Of a stretch of DNA of 47,581 nt, positions 47,019 to 47,581 are shown piece after piece (positions within the stretch are counted from its first letter, which is position 1; the number at the start of each line of letters is the position of its first letter). The DNA comes from a virus (lineage: Duplodnaviria > Caudoviricetes), in IMG/VR virus record IMGVR_UViG_3300025392_000496, positions 1 to 47,581 of that record; one strand, written 5' to 3'. Under the pieces are notes generated by a model. The model was not told the DNA's origin. It searched no databases and saw only the letters and a list, made by a program, of their open reading frames with translations. Position numbers and translations under genes: made by a program.

Positions 47019-47581
47019 TGTTCCTGCTTGGTCAATGATCAATAATCCCTATTACTATAAATCACGTAATAGTAACCGGTTACTAATTACAGTTGGGGAT
47101 TCGTGGACCTATGGTGATAGCCTGGGCAAAACACGTATTCGTAATGGTATTGACGATACTGAATATCGTCTTGATCATGCATATGGAAATTTATTAACAG
47201 AGAAACTTGACACTGACTGGATGAATCTTGCCTTACCTGGTGGTAGTAACTATTGTATGTTAAACTGGTTAGGACAACTATTAGACCGTCGGCATAATCA
47301 AACAACAGTTTGTATTATTACTTTAACCGAAGCAGGACGTCACGAAGAACAACGCTGGGCACAAGGCAATAGTTTACAAACAGCACTAAAAAATATAGTA
47401 GCAAAAGAATACAGTATGATTAAGGAATTACGTTTACGTTTTCCCAAGGTAACATTCAAAGTAGCGCATAACTTTACAGATAGTTTACCCGACTATGGAG
47501 TTATAGAAAAGTCTTGGTTAGAAGTTTTAACTGGACAACCAGTACAAGACGATACTTACATTGTTGTCAGTGATCATATAC
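47011..47581 (+). CDS. 3'-truncated SGNH-fold protein, paralog of 9405..10286 (missing from the ORF track)
   Basis: Translated by hand as MFDVPAW...LLITVGDSWTYGDSLG...DWMNLALPGGSNY...TLTE...FTD...KSW; open to the window end. Confidence 0.75.
   Translation, partial: MFDVPAWSMINNPYYYKSRNSNRLLITVGDSWTYGDSLGKTRIRNGIDDTEYRLDHAYGNLLTEKLDTDWMNLALPGGSNYCMLNWLGQLLDRRHNQTTVCIITLTEAGRHEEQRWAQGNSLQTALKNIVAKEYSMIKELRLRFPKVTFKVAHNFTDSLPDYGVIEKSWLEVLTGQPVQDDTYIVVSDHI

Noticed and set aside
458-47305. Many short antisense or out-of-frame ORFs in the track (e.g. 5203..5580, 15775..16185, 28360..28752, 47087..47305)
   Set aside because: They shadow well-supported genes, lack promoters or SDs, and are explained by codon bias on the coding strand.
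1-47581. Stop-codon reassignment, introns/inteins in portal, capsid or terminase, tRNA genes
   Set aside because: Core genes are intact and of normal length in the standard code, TAG and TGA act as real stops, and no cloverleaf was seen in the short intergenic regions.

Overview
This window is the virion morphogenesis region of a large, AT-rich T4-like myovirus, probably a jumbo phage, read in the standard genetic code. In order it holds: the 3' end of a tape-measure/hub-like gene with an M15 peptidase domain; the head module (portal gp20, core proteins, protease gp21, scaffold gp22, major capsid gp23); an SGNH/glycosyltransferase-like island; two decoration-like paralogs; about 11 kb of modular fibre genes; a Maf/DUF115-like gene; an inverted gp14-gp15-Nudix operon; a sigma70-driven early island; gp13, dNMP kinase, sheath gp18, tube gp19, a tube-fold baseplate protein and gp4; a probable small terminase; a cluster of putative internal head proteins; an HNH nuclease; large terminase gp17; and a second GT-SGNH pair. 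Late promoters share a TAAATA core. The most notable candidates are: (1) a late-expressed glycosylation/O-acylation toolkit next to an unannotated mucin-like 58-aa peptide; (2) a LxxLAG[LI] helix shared by the scaffold C-terminus and three unrelated proteins, a possible capsid-loading tag; (3) systematic leaderless mRNAs; (4) structured UTR elements, including a canonical CsrA/RsmE-type hairpin. All family assignments come from motifs recognised by eye, with no database search.
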